A stretch of 57,435 nt of DNA from a virus (taxonomy: Duplodnaviria; Heunggongvirae; Uroviricota; Caudoviricetes): the IMG/VR virus record IMGVR_UViG_3300045004_000084; one strand, 5' to 3'. Positions 35,258-43,814 of this stretch are shown here, one piece after another (the first letter of the stretch is position 1; the number at the start of each line of letters is the position of its first letter). The translations under genes and the position numbers were made by a program. The notes under the pieces were generated by a model. The model did not search any database, was not told the DNA's origin, and was given only the letters and a program-made list of their open reading frames with translations.

Positions 35258-35760
35258 GAGACCTCCACGTCGAGACGACACCCTTCGCCGTTCTCGTACC
35301 GTTTGATCCAGTTGCAGTTCGCGCAGAGGAGCTGGTACTTGCCGGTGTTATCGGCGAGGACTAGCCGCCACAGAGCGTACGAACTTCGAGCCGACTTTCG
35401 TTCGGCTACACCGCCTCCGTTGACGTGGTCCACCTGCAGCGCCCTCCAGTCACTGAAACCGCAGCGGCAGCATTTGCTGCCCAGATGAGCGATCACTCGC
35501 TGACGCATTTCGCGCATCCGGCCGCGCATGTAGTCAGCGTGAATCTTTCGCGTGCCGACGGGATCCGAAGCCATTTTGTCTTCGCGGCGCTTCTTCTCGT
35601 ACGCCTTCCACTTGGTCGGATCCTTAGCCTTGTGGGCCTTCGTGTACTCGCTGTGGCATGTCTTGCATTTGGTGCGTCGCGCCTTTTTCGAGCTGTCCCT
35701 CCAGTGGAACTGCTCTAACGGCTTCTCCGCGTTGCAAATGACACAGATCGCGGTCGCCAT
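35254..35760 (-). mobile_element. HNH homing endonuclease
   Basis: C..CG..D.RALQVDH..GGG...YQLLCANCNWIK; N-terminal C..C...K....F Zn finger; SD AAGGAGG; sits between two paralogous structural genes. Confidence 0.85.
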
Positions 35761-35813
35761 ACCCACCTCCTTGAGGGCGGCAAAGATGGCGACACTCATC
35801 TCATGTGTCAATA

Positions 35814-36791
35814 TCAGGGCACTTCCGACTCCGCGTCTTCACAGGTCTTGCACCCCTTGTCGTTCAACCGCGACCCCAGGACCGTCAAGTTCATCCGGTT
35901 CACCGACCCCTCGAGCCGGTTGAGGAAGTTCTGCAGACTGAGGGCCGCATCACCGAACCGCTCCAGGTCGCGGGTGACGGCTTCGAGTTCGGTACAGCCG
36001 CAGCACGGCTTCGAGCACTGGTCGTTGAACCGGATGCCGTTGGCGATGCCCTCGAGAGTGAGGCACTCGTCGCCCAGAAGAGTGAAGTCTCCGTCAGCGG
36101 TCGGCGGAATCCCGTTGATCGTCTTGATGCACGGGTACTCGCCCGGATCCTCCTCGCAGACGCACTCCTTCGTCAGACCCTCGCCCTTGATGGCGTCGAT
36201 GCGAATGCGAGTGATCGCCCCGAGTTCGATCACCGAGAGCTTGGTGTTGGTTCCGGCCGTCAGCTCGAGGATCCCCGTCAGCTTGTCGCTGCGGTCGTTG
36301 CCGTTGACGAGCACCACTGAGGTGACCGCCCGCAACGTCGGACGAACGCAGTCGGGATCGAGCTTACCGCCGGCGTAGTCGAACGTGTACTCGCCCGGCG
36401 GCAGACTCGCCAGCTCGTCGAGCTTGCCAAACACCACCTTGCCGAGCGAGTCGTCGAAATCACCGGTCCCGGGCAGAGGGTAGGCCCGGTACTCGACGTG
36501 GCCGTCGAACGCCAGGGCCGCAGAAGCGACTGTCGGCGGCGAATTGGTGCCGTCGTTGTACGCCACGGTGACGTTGACGCCGGTCCCGAACACGGTCACC
36601 CGGCGCACGAAGAACTTGTCGGCCTCGACGCTCACCCCGGCGTGGACGGGCAAGTAGAGGGCCAGGAGCAGGCTGTCGGGGATCTTGAACGTCCCGGACG
36701 CGTCCAGCTTTGTGGCGCTTTCAGATAGCGGGTAGGACCGCTGCGAGTTGTGGTTCAACCACTCAAGGTTGAAAAGGGTCGTCGCGGGCAT
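35814..36791 (-). CDS. Putative structural protein (NxxRxYP family, 325 aa)
   Basis: LEWLNHNSQRSYPL; IKTINGIPP; DQCSKPCCGC followed by a coiled coil. Confidence 0.6.
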   Translation of the reverse strand: MPATTLFNLEWLNHNSQRSYPLSESATKLDASGTFKIPDSLLLALYLPVHAGVSVEADKFFVRRVTVFGTGVNVTVAYNDGTNSPPTVASAALAFDGHVEYRAYPLPGTGDFDDSLGKVVFGKLDELASLPPGEYTFDYAGGKLDPDCVRPTLRAVTSVVLVNGNDRSDKLTGILELTAGTNTKLSVIELGAITRIRIDAIKGEGLTKECVCEEDPGEYPCIKTINGIPPTADGDFTLLGDECLTLEGIANGIRFNDQCSKPCCGCTELEAVTRDLERFGDAALSLQNFLNRLEGSVNRMNLTVLGSRLNDKGCKTCEDAESEVP

Positions 36792-36806
36792 CCGTGCCCT
36801 CCTGAC

Positions 36807-36849
36807 GGCTAAAGGGGAGGTCCCCCCGGCCCGCCCCGAAGGGCGGGCC
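36807..36849 (-). terminator. Hairpin (UUCG loop) plus motif B
   Basis: 9-bp stem 36828-36849; TCCCCTTTAGCC at 36807-36818. Confidence 0.65.
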
Positions 36850-36854
36850 TGTTT

Positions 36855-37286
36855 TCACCAGCCGAGGTACGCGCCGTACGCATCGAGCCAGGTCTCTCCG
36901 TTCTCGCCGAACTCGCCCTCGAACTCGCCCTCGAACTCGCCCTCGAACTCGTCCTCGAACTCGTCCTCGAACTCGTCCTCGTAGTCGTCCTCGTCCTCGT
37001 AGTCGTCCTCGTCCTCGTCGTCGCCGGCGCCGTCGATCTCCAGCCGCCGAGACTCGATCGCGTCGTCGATTCTGGGGTGCTCGTCCTCCAACAGGTACGC
37101 GATTTCGTCGAGCTCTTCCTGGTCCAGCTCGAAGATGACGTCGTACAGGGTTTCGAGCGCGTCAGCCTTGTTGGCCGACCCCCTGTACGCTCCCACCAGC
37201 CCATGGGCGTAGCCCACCCCGCTCTTCTTGCACGTCTGGACGAACCATTCGATCCGGCTTCGCTTCTTGGTCGTGGTGTTTGACAT
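36855..37286 (-). CDS. Hypothetical protein with acidic repeat tail (143 aa)
   Basis: SD GGAG; EDDYED x2 and E[D/G]EF x6. Confidence 0.7.
   Translation of the reverse strand: MSNTTTKKRSRIEWFVQTCKKSGVGYAHGLVGAYRGSANKADALETLYDVIFELDQEELDEIAYLLEDEHPRIDDAIESRRLEIDGAGDDEDEDDYEDEDDYEDEFEDEFEDEFEGEFEGEFEGEFGENGETWLDAYGAYLGW
36910..37017 (-). repeat. Coding tandem repeats: six 12-bp units plus two 18-bp units
   Basis: AACTCG[C/T]CCTCG x6, then TAGTCGTCCTCGTCCTCG x2. Confidence 0.85.
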
Positions 37287-37356
37287 CTGTCTCTCCGGTT
37301 TGTGGCCGCCATGAGTAGGCGGCCGGCACCGGATGATGACGCCATTTGACGTCGAA

Positions 37357-39165
37357 TTAACCTGGCACCAGAACCGCCACGGCGTCGAGCACGCCCACCT
37401 CCCCGGCGTATCCGTCTCCGTCTTCACGGGTCAAGCTGAATAGGATCAAGTCCCCTTCGGCCACACCACTGATCGTGTCGCTCTCGACCTCGACGTAGTC
37501 GTCCTGGTCGACGGAGACCGCCGTGTTGATGGTCAGGCTCGTCTCGGTCGTCGGCAGCGGGTCGTCGCTGACCGGGCGCGGGATCCGCCGGTAGGTGAGC
37601 AACAGGGCCGGCAGCGTGCCCGCCAGGCGGGCGAACAGCATGACCCGCAGCTTCACTTCTGGCGACGCCGGCAGGGCATCTGTACCGGGCAGCTTGAACT
37701 TGTACCGCAGCCCGCTTGCCTGGTCCGGCGGGAGGCCCAGGTACATGACGTCCTTGTAGTACCGGTCCTTCGCGTCGTCGACGCGGACGACCTGCGGATT
37801 CAACACCCGGCTCTCGGGCTCGGCGTCGAACGTCAGCTCGACCAAACCTTGAGCGTACGTCTTGCCCGAGATGATCTTCGCTGCGGACCCGGCAATGGCG
37901 ATACGTCCCGTCGTGGACCGGACGCCCTCGATGACCCGGCCCCGCTTCACCTTCCCGGTCTCGCCGAACTCCTTGAACACCAGCGAGCCTTCCTGGTCGT
38001 TCTTCTCGATCGCCGCCGAGGCGTCGTACTTGATGACCAGGGCGCCGGTCCTGGCCGGCTTGTTGTCGCAGTTGACGATTTTGATCGGACCGTCCGGATC
38101 GGACGAGTCGAGGCTGGTCACCACGCTCTTGTCGGTGGCGTACCGGACGCGGGCGAAACTGAGCACCAGTTTGCGCTGCTTCGTACGGGGGCATTCCGGA
38201 GCCGTCTGACTGGTGTGACTCGCAGAGGAGACGGCGCTCGAACTGGAGTTGTTGAACTCCACCTCCCAGGGCACGTCGCCGTAGCAGTCCGACATCCACC
38301 AGATGCCGTTGCGGTCGATCGCCACCAGTCCGTCCAGACCGGTCGGCAGTTCGACCCCGTTACCGTCGGTCTCCTTGAAGAGCGTCACGGCCACGGCGTC
38401 GCCCGGCAAAGGCGGCCAGATACGGGCCAGCTCCGGGTGCTGGTCGAGGTTGTACCCGAACGCGGCCAGCTTCGGAGCCAGGCCGCCAAACGTCTCGTGA
38501 TCGGCGGGCAGCCATCCCGGGTCGCCGGGATCGGCCACGCTGATGACGTGACGCCCCGACGGATCGGGCGGAACCGTCGTCCCGGCGGGCTGCAGGTACA
38601 GCTCGAACCGATGGTGGACGTGACTCTCGGCCAGATCCCTCAATTGTGGATGCGCGTAGACAATGTCGTCCGTTCCGGTTGCGACGAGCACAGGGACCGT
38701 GACGCCTGGTTTCTGCAGGGTCAGCTTGCCGGCTTCGCGGCCGCTCAAGTAGTAGTGTCCCGGGACGAGATCGCCGTCGACGGCGTTCGACAGGCTCACC
38801 TGCCCCTTGCCGTAGATCAGCACGTCGCACTTCGTGCTGTTCTGCTTGTACCAGACGACGCCGATCACGTTACACGAGTCGGCCGGAATCAGTGCGCCGT
38901 CGGAATCGGTGTCGAGCGCGGCCAGTCCGCGCTCGAACCGCTGAGTTTCGGTGTTGAAGTACACCGGCTGGCCGACCAGGGCGTCGGCTTCGCAGGTGAC
39001 TTCGTAAAGGTACGTCCCCTCGCCGGCCTCGAGCGCCTCGAGTCGGGCCTTGAGGTACGCGGTCTGCTGCTCGAGCGCACGACTCGGCCGCCCGGTGATC
39101 TGGGCGTCGACCCGCTCGCCGTCGATGACGTGCTTGACGTCGTTGACCCAGGGCTTCCCTGCCAT
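37357..39165 (-). CDS. Tail fibre / fibre-anchor protein (602 aa)
   Basis: N-terminal W...V..V.DGE.V.A...GRP...L..QT.YLK.RL anchor motif typical of myophage fibre proteins. Confidence 0.6.
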   Translation of the reverse strand: MAGKPWVNDVKHVIDGERVDAQITGRPSRALEQQTAYLKARLEALEAGEGTYLYEVTCEADALVGQPVYFNTETQRFERGLAALDTDSDGALIPADSCNVIGVVWYKQNSTKCDVLIYGKGQVSLSNAVDGDLVPGHYYLSGREAGKLTLQKPGVTVPVLVATGTDDIVYAHPQLRDLAESHVHHRFELYLQPAGTTVPPDPSGRHVISVADPGDPGWLPADHETFGGLAPKLAAFGYNLDQHPELARIWPPLPGDAVAVTLFKETDGNGVELPTGLDGLVAIDRNGIWWMSDCYGDVPWEVEFNNSSSSAVSSASHTSQTAPECPRTKQRKLVLSFARVRYATDKSVVTSLDSSDPDGPIKIVNCDNKPARTGALVIKYDASAAIEKNDQEGSLVFKEFGETGKVKRGRVIEGVRSTTGRIAIAGSAAKIISGKTYAQGLVELTFDAEPESRVLNPQVVRVDDAKDRYYKDVMYLGLPPDQASGLRYKFKLPGTDALPASPEVKLRVMLFARLAGTLPALLLTYRRIPRPVSDDPLPTTETSLTINTAVSVDQDDYVEVESDTISGVAEGDLILFSLTREDGDGYAGEVGVLDAVAVLVPG

Positions 39166-39171
39166 AGTTGG

Positions 39172-39753
39172 TCACCCCGCCTGTACGAACCGTTCGACCC
39201 AGGACACACCCACCTGACTCGACGCCCGCTTCTGCACCTGCTTGGGCGTGGCGTAATACCGTCGGCCGAAGATCAGGTCCTGCGTCCGATCGCCCCACAC
39301 CGGGGCGGCGACGAGAGCCAGACCGAACACAGTACTGTTGGCCCCGTCGGAGAACGCCTTGCCGTGGACCCCCGTGGTACCGCTCGACTGGGCGATGAAG
39401 GTGAGCTGGTTGAAGTTCACCTTCCCCGCGTATCCGTTCACCACGCCCTTCTGGGGAGCGGCCAGGAGCGACACCCGGAGGAAGTCGCGGGCCGGGCTGG
39501 CGCCGAGGGCCTCGTAGTACTCGATGCCCTCGTCGGCGTCGTAGCTCGGGGCCGTCACCGGGTCGCCCGGAGACGCCGTGTTCTCGAACTCGATGTACAT
39601 GGCGTTGAGCTTGTACTTCGCGTTCCCGTCCCCGAACAGCAGACAGGCAATCTCCCCCCACGTCCATTGGATCTGGTTGTGGTCCTCGGTAATGAACCGC
39701 CAGACCCCGTCGGGGCCGATGTCGAACAGCGAGACGACTCCCTGTACTTTCAT
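39172..39753 (-). CDS. Putative baseplate protein (193 aa)
   Basis: SD GAGGGG; beta-rich; position between a wedge-like gene and the fibre gene. Confidence 0.5.
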   Translation of the reverse strand: MKVQGVVSLFDIGPDGVWRFITEDHNQIQWTWGEIACLLFGDGNAKYKLNAMYIEFENTASPGDPVTAPSYDADEGIEYYEALGASPARDFLRVSLLAAPQKGVVNGYAGKVNFNQLTFIAQSSGTTGVHGKAFSDGANSTVFGLALVAAPVWGDRTQDLIFGRRYYATPKQVQKRASSQVGVSWVERFVQAG

Positions 39754-39760
39754 GTTCCCC

Positions 39761-41245
39761 TCACTGACAGAAACCCGACACGACACGGGCAATGATCACT
39801 GGCTGCTCCACGTCCCACACCTCGTGCTCGTAGGTGTCGGCGGCGTCGAACGAGTCGATTTCGTCGTCGGCCCCGCCGATCGACAGGTCGTCGGTCACGC
39901 GGGGGGCATCGAGGAGCAGAATCAGGGCGGTGTGCGGCGGGACGAGCCGTTCGGCCGTAGTCAGCAGCCACAACCCCGCCGCGTCTTCGGTAGCCCCGCC
40001 GACATCTGCACGGACCACGAACGCGTTGTACCGCAAAGCGCTGTCGACGATCAGGGACAGCGGGTTGATAGTCGTCGGCAGATTATCCGGCTGCGGCTGT
40101 CCCTCTGGCGTGTCTCGACGGTCGAGGGCCTGGGCCAGGGTCTTGCCACGGGCGATCCCTCGGGCGTGCGTCTCGGCCCAGAACGTCGTCACGTCGGCCG
40201 GGTGGCCGCCGAGATCGCAGCTCACCTTCGTCGCCCCGCCCACGGTCTCTATCTTGATCGCCACGTCGCGATTCGGGAAGCCGACCTCGCCCAGGTACTT
40301 GCCCTGCAGGAAGCCGGCACCGAGCGACAGGCCGAGCAGATCGGCCGGCACCTGACCCCGGTTGAATTCGTACAACAGGACGGCGTTGCACACCGGGTCG
40401 CCGGCCTCGAGCTTGTCGCCCGCCGCCACGATTACGGTACTCTCGGGCGACACGCGGTAGACGTTCCGGTCGGTCAGTACGAGGGTGTGCAACCCGTCAG
40501 ACGACACTTCGGAGACCGTCTCGCTCTCGCGGGCCAACGGCACGCCCAGAGCCATGGCGACGGAGTTCACCACCAGGCCCACCGAGCTGCCGAGAACCAG
40601 CATGTCGAACGCCGCGTTCGTCAGGTCCTTGTATCCTGACGAGCTGTTCGCCTCGGTGCCGACGACGTACCCCCAGTGATCGCGGACGTAATGCCGCTCG
40701 AATTCAGGACGGTCGAGCCACAGGTCGAGCTCGGTGTCGACCTCGATGCCGTCGTCGGTCACTGCTTTACGGGCGAACCGATCGTCGGTGAACGGGTCGC
40801 GGCGGAACACCAGGCGCTGTCCGTCGAGCCAGAAGTCCAGGCCGTAGAACAGGACGACCGACGGCTCGGTCAATCGGTTGGTGATTATCTTCACACCGGC
40901 CAGACCGGCCGGAGTCGGAAACGACACCCACTGCTCGTACTCGGCACCGAACGAGTACCCGTCGTCGAACTCTACTCGCCCGCCGAACCGGGCCGCTTCG
41001 TTCAGGCGGTTCGTCAGCAGAAGTGGGCAGTGGCGGTGACCCTCGAGCCGGAACACCGGACACTGTAGGCGGCTGCGAACGTCGATCGCATCCTGCAGCA
41101 CGTTGAACGTGTTCTTGGCGAGTTCGGCTCGGCCGGCAACGAGCTTCTCGACGACGTCCTGGCCGTCGTAGGTCTCCGACCAGAGACTGCCCATAAGGGC
41201 GAGTATCCGACCGGGCTGATCGAGTTGGCTGGCCGAGTAAGGCAC
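39761..41245 (-). CDS. Putative baseplate wedge protein (494 aa)
   Basis: GTG with SD GGGGGAG; WGY and P.HT motifs reminiscent of P2 gpI/T4 gp7-like wedge proteins; synteny. Confidence 0.45.
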   Translation of the reverse strand: MPYSASQLDQPGRILALMGSLWSETYDGQDVVEKLVAGRAELAKNTFNVLQDAIDVRSRLQCPVFRLEGHRHCPLLLTNRLNEAARFGGRVEFDDGYSFGAEYEQWVSFPTPAGLAGVKIITNRLTEPSVVLFYGLDFWLDGQRLVFRRDPFTDDRFARKAVTDDGIEVDTELDLWLDRPEFERHYVRDHWGYVVGTEANSSSGYKDLTNAAFDMLVLGSSVGLVVNSVAMALGVPLARESETVSEVSSDGLHTLVLTDRNVYRVSPESTVIVAAGDKLEAGDPVCNAVLLYEFNRGQVPADLLGLSLGAGFLQGKYLGEVGFPNRDVAIKIETVGGATKVSCDLGGHPADVTTFWAETHARGIARGKTLAQALDRRDTPEGQPQPDNLPTTINPLSLIVDSALRYNAFVVRADVGGATEDAAGLWLLTTAERLVPPHTALILLLDAPRVTDDLSIGGADDEIDSFDAADTYEHEVWDVEQPVIIARVVSGFCQ

Positions 41246-41268
41246 CGCTCTCCCCCTATTACGCGAAC

Positions 41269-41304
41269 GGCCCGGACGGCGGCCTTAACTCCGCCGCCCG
41301 GGCC
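41269..41304 (-). terminator. 14-bp hairpin closing the subtilisin cassette
   Basis: GGCCCGGGCGGCGG/CCGCCGTCCGGGCC on the minus strand with one G-U pair. Confidence 0.5.
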
Positions 41305-41322
41305 TGAGATCTACCGCCGGCT

Positions 41323-42381
41323 TTACGGCAGCTCGATGCTGATCTTCTTCACGCCCTTGAACTTCTCCTTGCCGCTCTCGGTCAGGTCGTCCGGGCCGAG
41401 AACGATCACCAGATCGCCGGGCTCGCCCGGCTCGCCGGGAGCCGAATCGACGCTCTTCGGCACGAGAGAGTCAGGGTCGATCAGGCCCCAGCCGTAGCTG
41501 TTGTCGAAGCCCGGATTGCCGACGTCGACCGAGGTTTTCTTGATCAGAGCCAGGAGGTCGTTGATCGAGCCGATGGTCTTTTTTCCCTGAGCCTTCTGCT
41601 TCGCCACGAGCAAGGCCACCACGCCGGCGACAAACGGCGTTGCCATCGACGTGCCGCTCAGGCGCGCGTAGTTTTTCGGCGGGTATGTCGACAGAATGTC
41701 GACGCCGGGGGCCGCTACGTCCACCGCCGAACCACGGCTGGAGAAACTGGCGATCTTCTTGGCCTGGTCGATGGCGGCCACGCACACGCACTCGGCAAAC
41801 CCGCCCGGGTAGCCGACGGTGTTTTCGCCGGGGCCTTCGTTGCCAGCCGCCGCGATGATGAACACACCCTTCGAGGCGGCGTACTTGACGGCGGAAAGAA
41901 TGCGATTGTCAGGGGAAGGGCTGCCGAGTGACATGCTGATCAGATCGGCCCCGCTGTCGACCGCCCACCGGATTCCGCTCGCGATACCGTTGCCGTTGCC
42001 GGAGCCGTTGTCGCCGAGCACTTTCCCGACCAGGAGGCGGGCCTTGGGGGCCACGCCGACGATGCCGACGTTGTTCTCGGCGGCAGCGATGATACCGCAG
42101 CAGTGGGTGCCGTGGCCGTGGACGTCGGCCGGGCCGCTCGGGCTGCCGGTGAAATCCTTGGCGGCAGCGATTCGACCCTTCAGATCGGGGTGGTCAAGAG
42201 CCGCGCCGGTGTCGAGCACAGCGACCGTGGCGCCCTCGCCCTTCGTGCGGGACCACAAAGCCGGAATCCCGAACAGCTTGAGACCCCAGTCCTGAGTCTC
42301 GGCCATCGACACGAACAACTGCTCGACCTTGTAGGGCGGCAGCGTGAAGACAGCATCATCTTTATCGACGACCTTGGACAT
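41323..42381 (-). CDS. Subtilisin-like serine protease (S8)
   Basis: Catalytic triad VLDTG / HGTHCCG / GTSMATP and oxyanion AAAGN; no signal peptide; SD GGAGG. Confidence 0.92.
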   Translation of the reverse strand: MSKVVDKDDAVFTLPPYKVEQLFVSMAETQDWGLKLFGIPALWSRTKGEGATVAVLDTGAALDHPDLKGRIAAAKDFTGSPSGPADVHGHGTHCCGIIAAAENNVGIVGVAPKARLLVGKVLGDNGSGNGNGIASGIRWAVDSGADLISMSLGSPSPDNRILSAVKYAASKGVFIIAAAGNEGPGENTVGYPGGFAECVCVAAIDQAKKIASFSSRGSAVDVAAPGVDILSTYPPKNYARLSGTSMATPFVAGVVALLVAKQKAQGKKTIGSINDLLALIKKTSVDVGNPGFDNSYGWGLIDPDSLVPKSVDSAPGEPGEPGDLVIVLGPDDLTESGKEKFKGVKKISIELP

Positions 42382-42474
42382 CGCGACCTCCGTGTCAGAA
42401 AGCGTTTTGGACAGCGACCGGGGCGGGACCTTTGGTCCCGCCCGCATGGGTTTGCTTTGATCACCGGCGGTGGT

Positions 42475-42801
42475 TCAGACGTTCCCTTCGAGCCACTTCT
42501 GCGCGAGCTTGAGCAGGATCGGCACGAGCCACGCGGGGATCGCGGCGACCTTGACCTCGCCGTCGCTCTTCAGACCCTCGAGGGCCTTGATGGTCGCGTC
42601 CTTCGAGTACCGGCCGGGCTTCTGGCTCTTCGTGTTCGCGACGCCGCTCGAACTGCCGAACAGACCCGTCAGATAGTCGGCCAGCTTGATCGCGGCGCTG
42701 ATGGCCGTCCAGCGGTCGAACTTCTTGTCGCCCTTGAGCATGGCGATCAAATCGCTCAGAGCGTCCTCGGGGAAGGCGCCTTTCACTTCGTTCTTTGTCA
42801 T
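42475..42801 (-). CDS. Hypothetical protein with amphipathic C-terminal helix (108 aa)
   Basis: SD GAGG; ends IPAWLVPILLKLAQKWLEGNV. Confidence 0.65.
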   Translation of the reverse strand: MTKNEVKGAFPEDALSDLIAMLKGDKKFDRWTAISAAIKLADYLTGLFGSSSGVANTKSQKPGRYSKDATIKALEGLKSDGEVKVAAIPAWLVPILLKLAQKWLEGNV

Positions 42802-42842
42802 CGCAGTACCTCGGTCTGTGGGGGTGGGAGGGAGAAGCGGTC

Positions 42843-42865
42843 GGGCGGGGCACACGGCCCCGCCC
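42843..42865. terminator. 9-bp hairpin
   Basis: GGGCGGGGC/GCCCCGCCC directly after the 42876 stop. Confidence 0.45.
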
Positions 42866-42875
42866 TTTACTGCTG

Positions 42876-43286
42876 TCAGCGGCGGAACAGGCCGCCGAAG
42901 AGGCCACGACGCTGGCCGTCGTTCACCTGGACCTTGATGTTGCTGTTGCCGGCGGACTGCACCTTCACGTTGGTGCCTCCGCCCTGCTTCACCTGTACCA
43001 CATTGGCCGCGTGGACGTTCTTGACCTGGACGACTTCCTTGACCTGGACGACTTCCTTGACCTGCACCTGCTGCACCTTCACTTCCTTCACGATCACGGG
43101 CACTTCCTTCACCACGACCTGCTTGACCTGGACGTTCTGCGCGCCGTTGTCGTAGCAGTTGCCGTTGCAGTTGGTCGCGGCCTTGACCAGAACCTTCTTC
43201 ACCTGAGCCGCCTCCGCCGGGTCGCATGCGACAACGGGGGCTGCCAGAAAAGCGAAGGCCACGAGGGCCAGCACGACGTTCTTCAT
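42876..43286 (-). CDS. Secreted V/Q/K-rich low-complexity protein (136 aa)
   Basis: Signal peptide; VQVKEV repeats; C-terminal RRGLFGGLFRR; SD AAGGAG. Confidence 0.75.
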   Translation of the reverse strand: MKNVVLALVAFAFLAAPVVACDPAEAAQVKKVLVKAATNCNGNCYDNGAQNVQVKQVVVKEVPVIVKEVKVQQVQVKEVVQVKEVVQVKNVHAANVVQVKQGGGTNVKVQSAGNSNIKVQVNDGQRRGLFGGLFRR

Positions 43287-43348
43287 ATCCTTTCTCCTTG
43301 TTGGGCGGCGGTGTGCCGCACCGTAGTAGTGGAACCTCGACGATCGCG

Positions 43349-43765
43349 TCACTTGCGCGGCGTCTCTGGCTCCTCTTCGATCACGATCACCTTGCGTCGC
43401 ACCACTTCGCGGATAACCGCGACCTGGTCGGGGTAGTAGGCGTATTGCCCGTACTGCTGAGCGCCGAGCGCCTTGGCGGCGGCACCCTTATAGATCTCGA
43501 CCACTTCCACAACCTGCGGCTCGACGAAGTAGTCCTGTTGTACCACCACGTTCTTCACAACGACGTGGGGGACGTAATTGTAGCTGGGGGTGTAGACCGG
43601 AGCAGCGTAGGTTGGCGCCGCATAGACCGCCTTCGGCGCGGCGTAGGTCACGTTCGGAGTGACGCAAACGGCGCGGCCTCCTGAAGTCCGGCAGTTCTGG
43701 GCCTGGGCTTCTCCGCCGAACACGAAAGCAGCGGCGACAGCGATCAGGCCGGCGAGACGTGTCAT
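43349..43765 (-). CDS. Secreted Y/A/P/V-rich protein (138 aa)
   Basis: Signal peptide ending AQA; YAAP repeats; SD AAGGAGG. Confidence 0.75.
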   Translation of the reverse strand: MTRLAGLIAVAAAFVFGGEAQAQNCRTSGGRAVCVTPNVTYAAPKAVYAAPTYAAPVYTPSYNYVPHVVVKNVVVQQDYFVEPQVVEVVEIYKGAAAKALGAQQYGQYAYYPDQVAVIREVVRRKVIVIEEEPETPRK

Positions 43766-43814
43766 CGTCGGTCCTCCTTGACCTTTCAAGTGTGCTTCGA
43801 CTTTGTACCAGATA

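Noticed and set aside
28294-39165. Diversity-generating retroelement acting on fibre genes
   Set aside because: No reverse transcriptase and no template/variable repeat pair differing at adenines was seen in the window.
30238-39795. Long plus-strand ORFs (30238-31896, 31893-33677, 33893-35488, 37849-39795; also 9576-10652, 16265-17530, 17942-19402, 55480-57285)
   Set aside because: Antisense shadows of well-supported minus-strand genes in high-GC DNA. They have R/G/V/P-biased composition, no SD sites and no recognisable motifs.
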